Positions 8,563 through 17,462 of a stretch of DNA of 64,000 nucleotides are shown piece by piece. This DNA comes from a virus. Lineage: Duplodnaviria; Caudoviricetes. A program made the position numbers and the translations under genes. The stretch covers positions 1-64,000 of the IMG/VR virus record IMGVR_UViG_3300010376_000002; one strand, 5' to 3'. Below the pieces are notes generated by a model that made no database searches, was not told the origin of the DNA, and saw only the letters and a program-made list of their open reading frames with translations. Each line of letters starts with the position of its first letter. The first letter of the stretch is position 1.

Positions 8563-8771
8563 AGAAAAAAGTTGTACCGAGGTGGGATGCCGAGGGCAGG
8601 CCGTGGCAACCGCCGACTCACTTTGTCGTCGAGCATCTAGATCGGCACGGGCGGCCGCCCATTGAATGCGTGTTCGACAGCCTCGATAAAGCGCTGCGCG
8701 AGATTGAGGTCAGCGTGCAACACGGGGCTTGGCTTCGCATTCGGCCGATCTGGAAAAACGAGAACAACTGA
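8559..8771 (+). CDS. hypothetical protein
   Basis: ATGA overlap with the upstream gene. Confidence 0.55.
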   Translation: MKKKVVPRWDAEGRPWQPPTHFVVEHLDRHGRPPIECVFDSLDKALREIEVSVQHGAWLRIRPIWKNENN

Positions 8772-8802
8772 CGGGACATCCGCAGACGTCCCGAACCAAG
8801 CA

Positions 8803-8898
8803 ATGCAGGACGAGAGAAGTAAATATTGGCTGAGCGAAGTGTTCTGGGCACTCATTGTGTTTCTAGTCATCGCTCTCGCCTTGAAAATTTTTCACTAG
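8803..8898 (+). CDS. 31-aa single-TM peptide
   Basis: MQDERSKYWLSEVFWALIVFLVIALALKIFH. Confidence 0.45.
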   Translation: MQDERSKYWLSEVFWALIVFLVIALALKIFH

Positions 8899-8955
8899 CC
8901 GAAAGGCAATGTTGACGAACCCAACCACAAATCTTTGCTAATTTGTTCATCGGCC

Positions 8956-9006
8956 GCGGCCGGAGCCTCACTGTGTGGGGGGAATCCTCCGGCCGCGCGC
9001 TTTTTT
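8956..9006 (+). terminator. intrinsic terminator-like hairpin
   Basis: 10-bp stem gcggccggag/ctccggccgc followed by gcgc and T6. Confidence 0.6.
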
Positions 9007-9039
9007 ATGACACAAGTAACCAATTGGAAACCAACCAGA

Positions 9040-9216
9040 ATGACCAACGAAATCGACGAACTAAGGAACCGAGTCGCAGATCTTGAACAGCTGCTCAACG
9101 GCGCGCGAGCACGGATCAATAACTTAGAAGAGCAGCTGATATGGATAGCAGGCAAGGTGAGTGTAGTGCCGGATTTCTCGATTAATCGAGGCAACACCGA
9201 ACCGAGGACCGATTAA
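9040..9216 (+). CDS. small coiled-coil protein
   Basis: MTNEIDELRNRVADLEQLL...; TAATG overlap with the next ORF. Confidence 0.55.
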   Translation: MTNEIDELRNRVADLEQLLNGARARINNLEEQLIWIAGKVSVVPDFSINRGNTEPRTD

Positions 9217-9422
9217 TGCCAAGACAACCAACCTACGGCGAAGTTGCCTACGTGACCTTTCATAAGCTCCGCGGGATCGCCGAACAGATGATCCCCTGGG
9301 ACGATGTAACAGAGGAGTCCCAGCATCTTTGGGAGAACACCGCGGCCGCAGTCATCGTGGTATTTTGGAAAAAGCAGCTTGAGCTTGGCCGCCAAACCTC
9401 AATACCGGAGCAACCAAAGTGA
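9216..9422 (+). CDS. hypothetical protein
   Basis: Coupled start/stop; YGEVAYVTF...PWDDV..ESQHLW pattern seen in small phage proteins. Confidence 0.55.
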   Translation: MPRQPTYGEVAYVTFHKLRGIAEQMIPWDDVTEESQHLWENTAAAVIVVFWKKQLELGRQTSIPEQPK

Positions 9423-9495
9423 CGTTTTTAGCCGGCATCTTTTGCGGAGTAGCCGCTTGCCTGGTTGTCGCTTTGCTCCGCGACATCGCCAGGCG

Positions 9496-9909
9496 TTAGA
9501 GATGAACGACAATTGTCTCGGTAAGACTTTTCAATCCGCTTACCGAGTCCTTGACGTAGAACAGATAGTTGCCGGCTTTCGAGCCCATGGTGTAGCCGGG
9601 ACTGACTAATTGGGTCGGATTGGAAAAAGTCGTCGGCAGGGCTTTGTTTGCCGTCGAATCCCAGATCTGACTGGTCTTCGAGAAATTGCTCCCCACTAGA
9701 ATCAAATTCATGTTTGACTGATTCACTCGGGCCTTGATCGGCTGGATGCTCAAGACCTTCGGAGCCAACGGAGTCGGATTCGTGGGTGGCTTGTAGCTCG
9801 GGCCTTTAGGCACCTGCGGCTTAGGAATGTTGCCGCCCTTAAGTTTGACCGGGCCACGCTCAACCGACAACTGCACGCACTGATAACATCCGTAGAGATC
9901 CTGCGGCAT
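9496..9909 (-). CDS. IPT/TIG (Ig-like) domain protein
   Basis: PKVLSIQP...LILVGSNF...TTFSNPTQL...AGNYLFYV matches an IPT/TIG fold; ATG 9909 preferred. Confidence 0.6.
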   Translation of the reverse strand: MPQDLYGCYQCVQLSVERGPVKLKGGNIPKPQVPKGPSYKPPTNPTPLAPKVLSIQPIKARVNQSNMNLILVGSNFSKTSQIWDSTANKALPTTFSNPTQLVSPGYTMGSKAGNYLFYVKDSVSGLKSLTETIVVHL

Positions 9910-10280
9910 GAACCCTAGTATGCCGTACAAAACCGACAAAACCAAGCAGTACAATTCCGACCAGCACGATTCCAAAAAAGCAGGACAAAACCGACTTTTT
10001 GCCTCGAAAGTCGGAATCGTACGTATAAAACCGGAATCGTCCCCTTGACGGCTATTGGGGTGTAGTAACACTAAGAGACGTTAGCTCACTGGTAACCTGA
10101 ATTTTGTTTCCGCTCTCTTTGGTCTTTTCAGAAGCTTGCTAACGTTTCATGAGTAGTTAGCACACTAAGCAGAAACCCTCTTAAGCTTAGCTTGTGGCGT
10201 AGCCCAACGTTCAGGGCTTTTACAGTATGGCCACGGATGGGATAAGGCGTTAAACTCGAGCCTGGAACGAGGTAACGCCT

Positions 10281-11711
10281 ATGCGGCCGCAAGTTTACGC
10301 CCAATCCATGTATGGCGATTTTCCGCCAGGGGATATAGCACCCCAGCCATTCAAGCTAAACTTTCAACCCCAGAGCGCTAACGGCAAAGTCATCCTTCCC
10401 AAAGGGATGATCATTTTGGCGTTGCCCCAAAGTGGGCAAGAGCAACCGGTTGATTCAGTGATTTACACCGGAAAGTTGGCTAACGGAGTCAGCTTGCGGG
10501 ACCAGTGGAAGCTAATCCAACCCAACAACCACACTTGGAACTGGAGTTACTTCGATTCGGAAGTCGCCAACGCTCAAGCGGCCGGTAAAAGCGTGATGCT
10601 CCGAATCAATACCCAGGATGGCAGTTGTCCTGGGTGGGTCAAAAACCAAGTAACCAACGTCATCGACACTAATAGCGGTACTCAGGTCCAATTGTGGTGG
10701 GATCCGACCTACATCGCTTTAAGCCAAGCCTTGTGGCAAGCCGCCGCCGCCCGCTACGCAAACGTTCCTTGCGTCAAATACATCGCGATGAACCCGCCTT
10801 CGACCGGTGGCGGCGACTGGCAGGTTCCCTATCAAAATGCCGGCAACTGGAAAACCACAACCAACTGGAATATCCCCGCAGTAGGCTCAACGGTGAATCT
10901 TTTGCCGGCGGCCGGTAACCCTCCGATCTACCAAGGTTCGTACGTGCTCGTTCAGGGCACCGCCGGCTACATGGGTTGGTTCTACGTTTTCAACGTCAAC
11001 GGTTCGAGCAACGCACCAACTAGCATCGATATCCAGAACCAAGGCACGCCCGCTTACGCACCGACGCCTAACGCGGCACCGGGAACTTCTGTGCCAAGCT
11101 CGATGGGCTTGAGCCAGAACATGATCTTTAACTGGACCCAGGTCTACGGCTACACCACCCAAAACCTGCTGGGCGGCATTATGGCAGTAGCAGACACTCA
11201 GTTCAAAGCCTTCCCGCGCCAGCACTTCAGCATGAGTTTTGGGACCAATGGCGGCTTGGACACTGCCGTTAACCCTGCTTACACCAACCAAACCGCAGCT
11301 CAGATGATTGCCAACGCCTGCTACACCAAGTATGGCAGCAGGTTTTCGATGGCTAAGAACGGGATGAAGGCGAACACGCCTTGGCCTAACGCTAACGCCG
11401 GCACGATTTGGGAGATCTTTAACCTGTGTCCTTACATTAATCGGGAAGCCCAATTTTTCTGGTGGAGTGCGGGCGATCCGACCTACCTCAATAACGGAGG
11501 TGTTCCGGCCGATCCGGTCTTAGTCCTGCAACAAAGCGCTCAGATTGCGGCCGCTTACGGCGTAAGCAGGTTGGAATACTACATGCAAGACGTCGAACTC
11601 TTGCAAAGCTGCAACATCGTCTTTCGGCAAATGCCGTTGATTGCGCAATCCAGAACCTCCTTCACTCCGCGCACTATCGGCTATCTCGGACCCAATAAGA
11701 TCGGAGTTTAA
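10281..11711 (+). CDS. glycoside hydrolase clan-A-like (GH42/beta-galactosidase-like) TIM-barrel protein with an inserted beta domain
   Basis: WKLIQP..HTWNWSYFDSEVANAQAAGKSVMLRI, PGWV, WWDPTY, AARY motifs; RLEYY near the C-terminus. Confidence 0.6.
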   Translation: MRPQVYAQSMYGDFPPGDIAPQPFKLNFQPQSANGKVILPKGMIILALPQSGQEQPVDSVIYTGKLANGVSLRDQWKLIQPNNHTWNWSYFDSEVANAQAAGKSVMLRINTQDGSCPGWVKNQVTNVIDTNSGTQVQLWWDPTYIALSQALWQAAAARYANVPCVKYIAMNPPSTGGGDWQVPYQNAGNWKTTTNWNIPAVGSTVNLLPAAGNPPIYQGSYVLVQGTAGYMGWFYVFNVNGSSNAPTSIDIQNQGTPAYAPTPNAAPGTSVPSSMGLSQNMIFNWTQVYGYTTQNLLGGIMAVADTQFKAFPRQHFSMSFGTNGGLDTAVNPAYTNQTAAQMIANACYTKYGSRFSMAKNGMKANTPWPNANAGTIWEIFNLCPYINREAQFFWWSAGDPTYLNNGGVPADPVLVLQQSAQIAAAYGVSRLEYYMQDVELLQSCNIVFRQMPLIAQSRTSFTPRTIGYLGPNKIGV

Positions 11712-11713
11712 CC

Positions 11714-12406
11714 ATGGCTTACGGCTACGTTGGCGATGCGACTCCCGATAACAATAGTCTCTTAGGAATCGGGAATTCGAAGTTCGCTCTTAAGCCAGGT
11801 AGCCTGATCCCAGAATATTCGGCCGCATTAACTTTAGCCGAAGCCAAACGGCGCGGCCTCGATACTTCCAAAGGCGTCGCCTCGGGCGAAGAGTTCAGCT
11901 ACAAAGGCAAAACCTACCGTTGGGATGATACCTTTGGCGGCGACTCTAGTTACGTCGACGTCTACACGCCTGATCACGCTCCGGATAAAGGCGTAAGCGC
12001 AGGTGAAATCGCCCGGCAAAGCGCGGTCGCTGCGAAACGGCCGGGAGCAACCGACGCACAGATCCGCGGTGCCACTCCGAGCCAACCGCAAACCGTTACC
12101 GTCAAGAAAACGCCGGAACAACTCCATCAGGACACGACCTACCACGTCGACTCCAACGGCGAGAAGCACGACACCGAAACCGGCGACATTGTTTCCGATG
12201 ACGAAGCGGCTGAACGAGCTCGAGCCGAAGAAGAAGTAAAGCAGCAACAGCAACCGGTTGTGGAACCAGAATCGCCTCCGGTCCGCATCATTACTCCACA
12301 ACCTGCGGTGACTTTTGGTACGGTTCCAAAAGCTCCTATAAGCCCCGCTGGCGCGCCGGTCGCACCGGTAATGCCAATAGCCCCATTTGGAACTCAAAAT
12401 GCCTGA
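11714..12406 (+). CDS. putative 3D/RlpA-like double-psi-barrel protein with acidic and Pro-rich tail
   Basis: GKTYRWDDTFGGDSSYVDVY resembles the 3D-domain DTG...ID(V)Y motif; assignment tentative. Confidence 0.45.
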   Translation: MAYGYVGDATPDNNSLLGIGNSKFALKPGSLIPEYSAALTLAEAKRRGLDTSKGVASGEEFSYKGKTYRWDDTFGGDSSYVDVYTPDHAPDKGVSAGEIARQSAVAAKRPGATDAQIRGATPSQPQTVTVKKTPEQLHQDTTYHVDSNGEKHDTETGDIVSDDEAAERARAEEEVKQQQQPVVEPESPPVRIITPQPAVTFGTVPKAPISPAGAPVAPVMPIAPFGTQNA

Positions 12407-15400
12407 GGAGCTTCCAGCTAGCGCACAAGAGGTCACGGGAGGTTACCTGCCGGAGTTATGGGATGCGTATTTAGCTGAGATCGAAAAAGCCAACGGACTC
12501 CCGGCCGGGACGCTGCGTACGCTTGCCCGACAAAAAGACGTGCCAGTGCAAGCGCTTAATCCTCTTGGCGTTATGAGCAAAGAGGGACCGATGTCACGAT
12601 TCGACTCATTTAAAGAAGCTCAAAGTGCCATCGCGCAACATGCGAAATCTTTAAGCCAAACGCCGGTACAAGCTCAAGTCGGCGGACCACCCGAAACGGC
12701 CGCACGGGCTGCTTCACCTCCGCCAGGCGCAGCGCTCCTTGATCCGATCACGCGGGAGGAAATGCAAGATGCCCACTCCAAAGCCCAAATTGCTCACGCA
12801 GATCCAGAAGAGGCTTACCACACTGCAATTAACGATATTCTCACTACTCATTCTCAGCGTCTTGAGCCGAACGATTTTCGAGTGGCGCGCCGGATTAATC
12901 CGGATACGGGATCGGACCGATTAGTTGGCGCCTACATGGTGCCGGGAGATCCCATCAACGAGGGAATGACCCGCGGCCTTTCGCCGGAAGACAAAGCAAA
13001 ACTGCCTTGGATTTCACAAGCGATTCTCGCCGGCCGCGCACTCAACTTCCTCTATGGAAGCGCCGAACAAGAAGATCCCACAAAACGCGCAACGGCCGAA
13101 GCTCGGCGCGCGGAATACTCCGTTTCCAGTGCGGCACAACGGATTGCCGGCGAAACCGAGCAACAGAAGTCGCTCATCACGATGATTCCGGAACAACTGG
13201 TAGCGACTCAGCCAAAGTGGGACAAGAAAGAGGGGCGGCCGATCCCTTCCAACACGCTCATGGAAGGATTTGGAAGCGATAAAGCGCTCAACAACTCCGA
13301 GCACATTTTTAATGCGGCGAAACAAACCGGAACCAAGATCGCTTACCAGGGTCGCAACGATCCGAATTATCTGCCGGCGTTCGTGCATTACATCCAGAAT
13401 CAAGCGCACGGTTATCGCGGCGACGGAAGCGGTCCCGACGTGGATGAAAGCGGACAACCGAATCAGATTTGGCTCAAAGACCAGCAACGGCCGGGACCGC
13501 AATACGTTCCGCATCTGTTAAGCAGGCCGCAGGCTGAATTCATTCACGCGAGTCTTAACATCGTACCGGGAAAGAAAGTCGGCTCCGAATCCGGAGCTCC
13601 GTCTTTTGCCGAGCACGCGAAATGGTTGCAACGCATTAACCGGGCCTATGCGGGGCATGACCCTGGCATGAACGCTCTGCTCGACGAACTCGACCGCAAG
13701 ATGCCGCAGGTGCCGCAACGTCGGAAAAACCGAAAGACGGGCGAGATCGAGCCGACCGGCAAAATGTTGTCTTGGCGTAAGGGAGTCTTGGAACCGACTT
13801 GGCGCGCGCACAGAGTCGAACTGATGGAGCATCCGGAAGCCGGCGCCCAAGCAATGCGCGAAACGGCCGCACCGGAAGCCGCCTTCCAGCAAGCTCCGCA
13901 TTATCGGCGCACCACGGCCGAATTCGAGAATCCGCCTTCTGAAGGTGAAGTCGGTAGCTACGCCAGGTCGCCTGATCCGGAGATCCATCATGCGCGCCAC
14001 CATGATGAATGGGGATGGAAACACCAATCGACTCCGATTGAACAGGATCCGCTCATCGGCGCACCAATCGGTGCCGGCGATGAGAAGATCACCCACGCTG
14101 CACTCCAGTATCCGAGCGGTAAGCGCTATCTTGGTATTAATCATGCAGAAGCATACTGGCGAGCCGACCAAGCAGGAGAACCAGGAGGCGACGTTGCAGA
14201 ACAAGGTTTCCATACCAATCACGGGAGATTTATCAGCCGAGTAGAAGCTTGGAAGGTCGCGAAAAAAGCAGGTCAAGTAAGCAAGCCGACTATAAAGACG
14301 GTGGAGTCCGTTCCAATAGGTTCTCCGTGGCTTGACGCTGAGCATTTCGATCCAGAGCGCTTTACTAAGCCCAGTGAAGGCGAAGTCGGTAGCTACGAAA
14401 CCGCAGAACAACCCACGGCCGCAGCAAAACCAATCTACGCTTTCCGAGGCGGAGGCTTTAATGCCGAAAAGATGGGCAGCACCCCTCAATTTCGCGGCAA
14501 CGGCGTTGCTTGGTTTACGCCGCAGCACGAACCCGCGCAGATCTACGCTAACCGTGCCGCCGACACCGCTAAAGAACTGGCAGATGAAGGTGTATGGGAG
14601 CGAGATCCCGAGGCCGAGACGCCTTACGTCGGTCATTATCAGCTCGACATTAAGAACCCCTTCGATATGTCGCAGCCGCTCACTAAGGAGTTCCTCACCA
14701 AGTTCAACAAAGAATGGGATCGCGACAGGAAAGAGAAAGGCTTCGAACTACTGCCGAAGGACCGAACGAAGTTCATTCTAGGACAATACAAAGCCGGACT
14801 GCCACGATTAAGGGAACGGGGCTTGGATGATTCGATCTTTAATTCTCGCGGAGTAGTCACTAGCGGCACCGATGCGATCTGGCGCCGGATCCTTAAGCGC
14901 ATGGGTTATGACGGAATCTATTTTCATGGACCCGATCCGATTCGACACAAAGAGCATAGCTACGAAAAACATTACGCTCAGTATGCCGCTTTCGATCCCG
15001 AACAGGTAAAAGACTTGCCGCAGAATGCCGAAGTCGGCAGTCCGGAGACACGCTTTACACCGGGACCGGCGCAGCCAGGTCTAATCGGTGCCGAAGCCGC
15101 TCAGCAAGGCGCAAGCGCTCCGATGCCGCAACCGGCCGAACCGCAAGGCGGACAGATGCTCAGCGATTTTGAGCCAGGGGAGGAAGGCGGAGGGGCCGGT
15201 ATGGAGTTCGCCAGCCCGTCGATTCGCGAAGGGATGAAGCTCGCCGGCGCAAAGAAAGCGCTCGGAAGCGACGTCCACGCTAGTTACAAGGACTACGTCA
15301 CCCGTTTGGAGCGCGACGCTGCCGCACAAAGTCAGACTCGGCCGGCGGAAGTTCGGGACGCACTTGGAAGCTGGACCGACGGCGCCGAGAATTCGTTGCG

Positions 15401-17462
15401 AAGCGTTTACGACGATCAAGACGCGGAGACCAGGCGCATTGTTTCCTCTCTCAAAGGGTTGCATTCGGCTCAGAAAAACGTCCTCAATTTTCGATACGAT
15501 CCCGAGGGACCGCACTTCATGTATCACCTCGGATTCAAGTACGATAGCCCCGATAAGGTTGCTAAGTTGCTTGAAGAACACGGGTTAAGCTTCCGCACGC
15601 TTGAAGGAGGCAAAGGGCAACCGGTATGGGCGCACATCGTAGACAAGGATAAAAGTGCAGTAAATGGTATCGACAAGCTATTCGAGGGAGGGCATATTAA
15701 TCAAGCCTATCGGCGCCTCGGGCATGCCGAGATGCTCGGAGATCCAAATGAAACATCAAGAGAAGACGCCGCGACAGCTTTCAGACGAACTCTGCAAGAA
15801 GCACGGGATAAAGACGCTCAACGACAAGGGCGGGGAGGATCACCTAGTGTACCGTGGTGGGAACCGTACTGGCGCGAAGCCGAAGAAAACTTCCAAAAGC
15901 TAAGAGCTTCTGACGAGTACGAGAACCAGCAGGTCGCTCAAGACTATAAGCAGTCAGCCGCCGACCTAAACGATATCCCGCCTGAACAAAAGGCGAAGCT
16001 CGCCGAATATCAACACCGGGCAAAAGACTGGATAGCAAACGAAGGCAAGAAATGGGAGGAGGAAAACCCCCAATGGCATCGTCAAACGATGTACGCCTAT
16101 CTGCTCGGCAAGAATAACTTCCCGATCGATCCGGAAACCGGTCAACCGCGGATCAATATGACGAAGGCGGATATCGCCGCGCACGTCGAACGGATGCACA
16201 AAAAGCTCGATTTTTCTAAGCCGAGCCATCGGGAAAAAGCGGCCGAGATGATGCTCTACGACATGATGCATTCTCTCGCCGGCAGTTTCCGCGGCGATCC
16301 AAGTGCGGCTTATGGATGGTATGACCGTGCCGTCTCGAAGACCTTCGACAAAATGGAGGAAGTCGCGCCGAAAATTAAAACCGATCCGCTGCACAACTTG
16401 GCTTTCCGACTAGGACTAGCGATTACTAGCCAAGGCCAGAAGGTGCCCGAAAACGCGGAAAGTTCCTGGCATACCTACAACTACTGGCAGCAGCACCAGA
16501 ACGACGCTAGACCTTTCCCAGAATCCAACGAGCACATTGGTGCCGGCGGAAAAGAGATCACCCAGATTGAAAACAATTTCCGCAAAGTGAACGACCTTTG
16601 GGAGAAGTACGGACCCGAGGCTGTTAACGATATTCTCACCTCAAAGATGTCGGTCAAAAAGCTCAAGGAGAAGTACGGCTTAGACGTCAGTGGCGAGGCA
16701 AAAGCTTACGAGGTCCGCGGTGCCATGGGGCTCGGACCCAAGATTGGCGCCTTCTTCTCAAACTTGAGCGGGATCTTCGATCCGGTAACGATGGACCGGT
16801 GGTTCGCTAGACAAATGAATTTCTATGGTGGTGACATGTTTGGTTTCTCTGAAACGCCGATGAAAAAGGGCACCAAGGATTACGCACCGCACCTCGATGA
16901 CTTGGAGAAACTCCTTGAGTCACCGGAAGCGATGAAGTCGGCCGGCCCGGAGGAGATCAAAAAAATGCGTGCCGAGATCGCAAAATTGCGCGCCGTGCCC
17001 GAGGGCAAGATGACTCGCAATAAAGCGAAGAAATTAGCTCCGGAAATCCACGCTTGGGCAAAACGAGCAACTGGAGTTTACGGTCGCAGTTACGCCGGCC
17101 AAGAAGACAAACCGCAACGTTCTTTCCATCCTGACTTCGATACTCCGGAAAACGGACTCGCTAAACGGATGCACGAAAACGTCACCGATCTCGCTGATGC
17201 TCCGCGCAACTCTGGCGAGCGAGACGCTTTTCGCAATATTGTCGGTGAACGCGTTGAAGCGATGCTCAAAGCGCATGGCATTCATTTAACTAACGCCGAC
17301 AAGCAAGCGGTTCCCTGGTTCGACATCAAGGACGTATTCAGGTTAGCAGGCTCAAATGCCTTGACTAACGTGAATTACCTTGACGCAGCTTACACGCTAG
17401 TGCGTCGTATTAAGCAGGGTTTAATCCCTAACTTGCTAGAACCTGAGGCAAAAGCAGCATGA
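12399..17462 (+). CDS. giant polyvalent protein (lysozyme-like N-terminus, ART-PolyVal-like ADP-ribosyltransferase, HhH-GPD-like C-terminal domain), probably virion-ejected
   Basis: ~1690 aa; NPLGVM..RFDSFKEA; FRG..WFT..DIKNPFD..GYDGI..AFDPEQVK; GLGPKIG..TMDRWFAR. Confidence 0.7.
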   Translation: MPEELPASAQEVTGGYLPELWDAYLAEIEKANGLPAGTLRTLARQKDVPVQALNPLGVMSKEGPMSRFDSFKEAQSAIAQHAKSLSQTPVQAQVGGPPETAARAASPPPGAALLDPITREEMQDAHSKAQIAHADPEEAYHTAINDILTTHSQRLEPNDFRVARRINPDTGSDRLVGAYMVPGDPINEGMTRGLSPEDKAKLPWISQAILAGRALNFLYGSAEQEDPTKRATAEARRAEYSVSSAAQRIAGETEQQKSLITMIPEQLVATQPKWDKKEGRPIPSNTLMEGFGSDKALNNSEHIFNAAKQTGTKIAYQGRNDPNYLPAFVHYIQNQAHGYRGDGSGPDVDESGQPNQIWLKDQQRPGPQYVPHLLSRPQAEFIHASLNIVPGKKVGSESGAPSFAEHAKWLQRINRAYAGHDPGMNALLDELDRKMPQVPQRRKNRKTGEIEPTGKMLSWRKGVLEPTWRAHRVELMEHPEAGAQAMRETAAPEAAFQQAPHYRRTTAEFENPPSEGEVGSYARSPDPEIHHARHHDEWGWKHQSTPIEQDPLIGAPIGAGDEKITHAALQYPSGKRYLGINHAEAYWRADQAGEPGGDVAEQGFHTNHGRFISRVEAWKVAKKAGQVSKPTIKTVESVPIGSPWLDAEHFDPERFTKPSEGEVGSYETAEQPTAAAKPIYAFRGGGFNAEKMGSTPQFRGNGVAWFTPQHEPAQIYANRAADTAKELADEGVWERDPEAETPYVGHYQLDIKNPFDMSQPLTKEFLTKFNKEWDRDRKEKGFELLPKDRTKFILGQYKAGLPRLRERGLDDSIFNSRGVVTSGTDAIWRRILKRMGYDGIYFHGPDPIRHKEHSYEKHYAQYAAFDPEQVKDLPQNAEVGSPETRFTPGPAQPGLIGAEAAQQGASAPMPQPAEPQGGQMLSDFEPGEEGGGAGMEFASPSIREGMKLAGAKKALGSDVHASYKDYVTRLERDAAAQSQTRPAEVRDALGSWTDGAENSLRSVYDDQDAETRRIVSSLKGLHSAQKNVLNFRYDPEGPHFMYHLGFKYDSPDKVAKLLEEHGLSFRTLEGGKGQPVWAHIVDKDKSAVNGIDKLFEGGHINQAYRRLGHAEMLGDPNETSREDAATAFRRTLQEARDKDAQRQGRGGSPSVPWWEPYWREAEENFQKLRASDEYENQQVAQDYKQSAADLNDIPPEQKAKLAEYQHRAKDWIANEGKKWEEENPQWHRQTMYAYLLGKNNFPIDPETGQPRINMTKADIAAHVERMHKKLDFSKPSHREKAAEMMLYDMMHSLAGSFRGDPSAAYGWYDRAVSKTFDKMEEVAPKIKTDPLHNLAFRLGLAITSQGQKVPENAESSWHTYNYWQQHQNDARPFPESNEHIGAGGKEITQIENNFRKVNDLWEKYGPEAVNDILTSKMSVKKLKEKYGLDVSGEAKAYEVRGAMGLGPKIGAFFSNLSGIFDPVTMDRWFARQMNFYGGDMFGFSETPMKKGTKDYAPHLDDLEKLLESPEAMKSAGPEEIKKMRAEIAKLRAVPEGKMTRNKAKKLAPEIHAWAKRATGVYGRSYAGQEDKPQRSFHPDFDTPENGLAKRMHENVTDLADAPRNSGERDAFRNIVGERVEAMLKAHGIHLTNADKQAVPWFDIKDVFRLAGSNALTNVNYLDAAYTLVRRIKQGLIPNLLEPEAKAA

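Noticed and set aside
10045-10072. Promoter starting TTGACG
   Set aside because: Good -35 box but no TANNNT at 16-18 nt spacing; not listed as a feature.
10074-10120. tRNA-like TTAGCTCACTGGTA
   Set aside because: Resembles a D-arm start, but no anticodon arm or T-loop follows.
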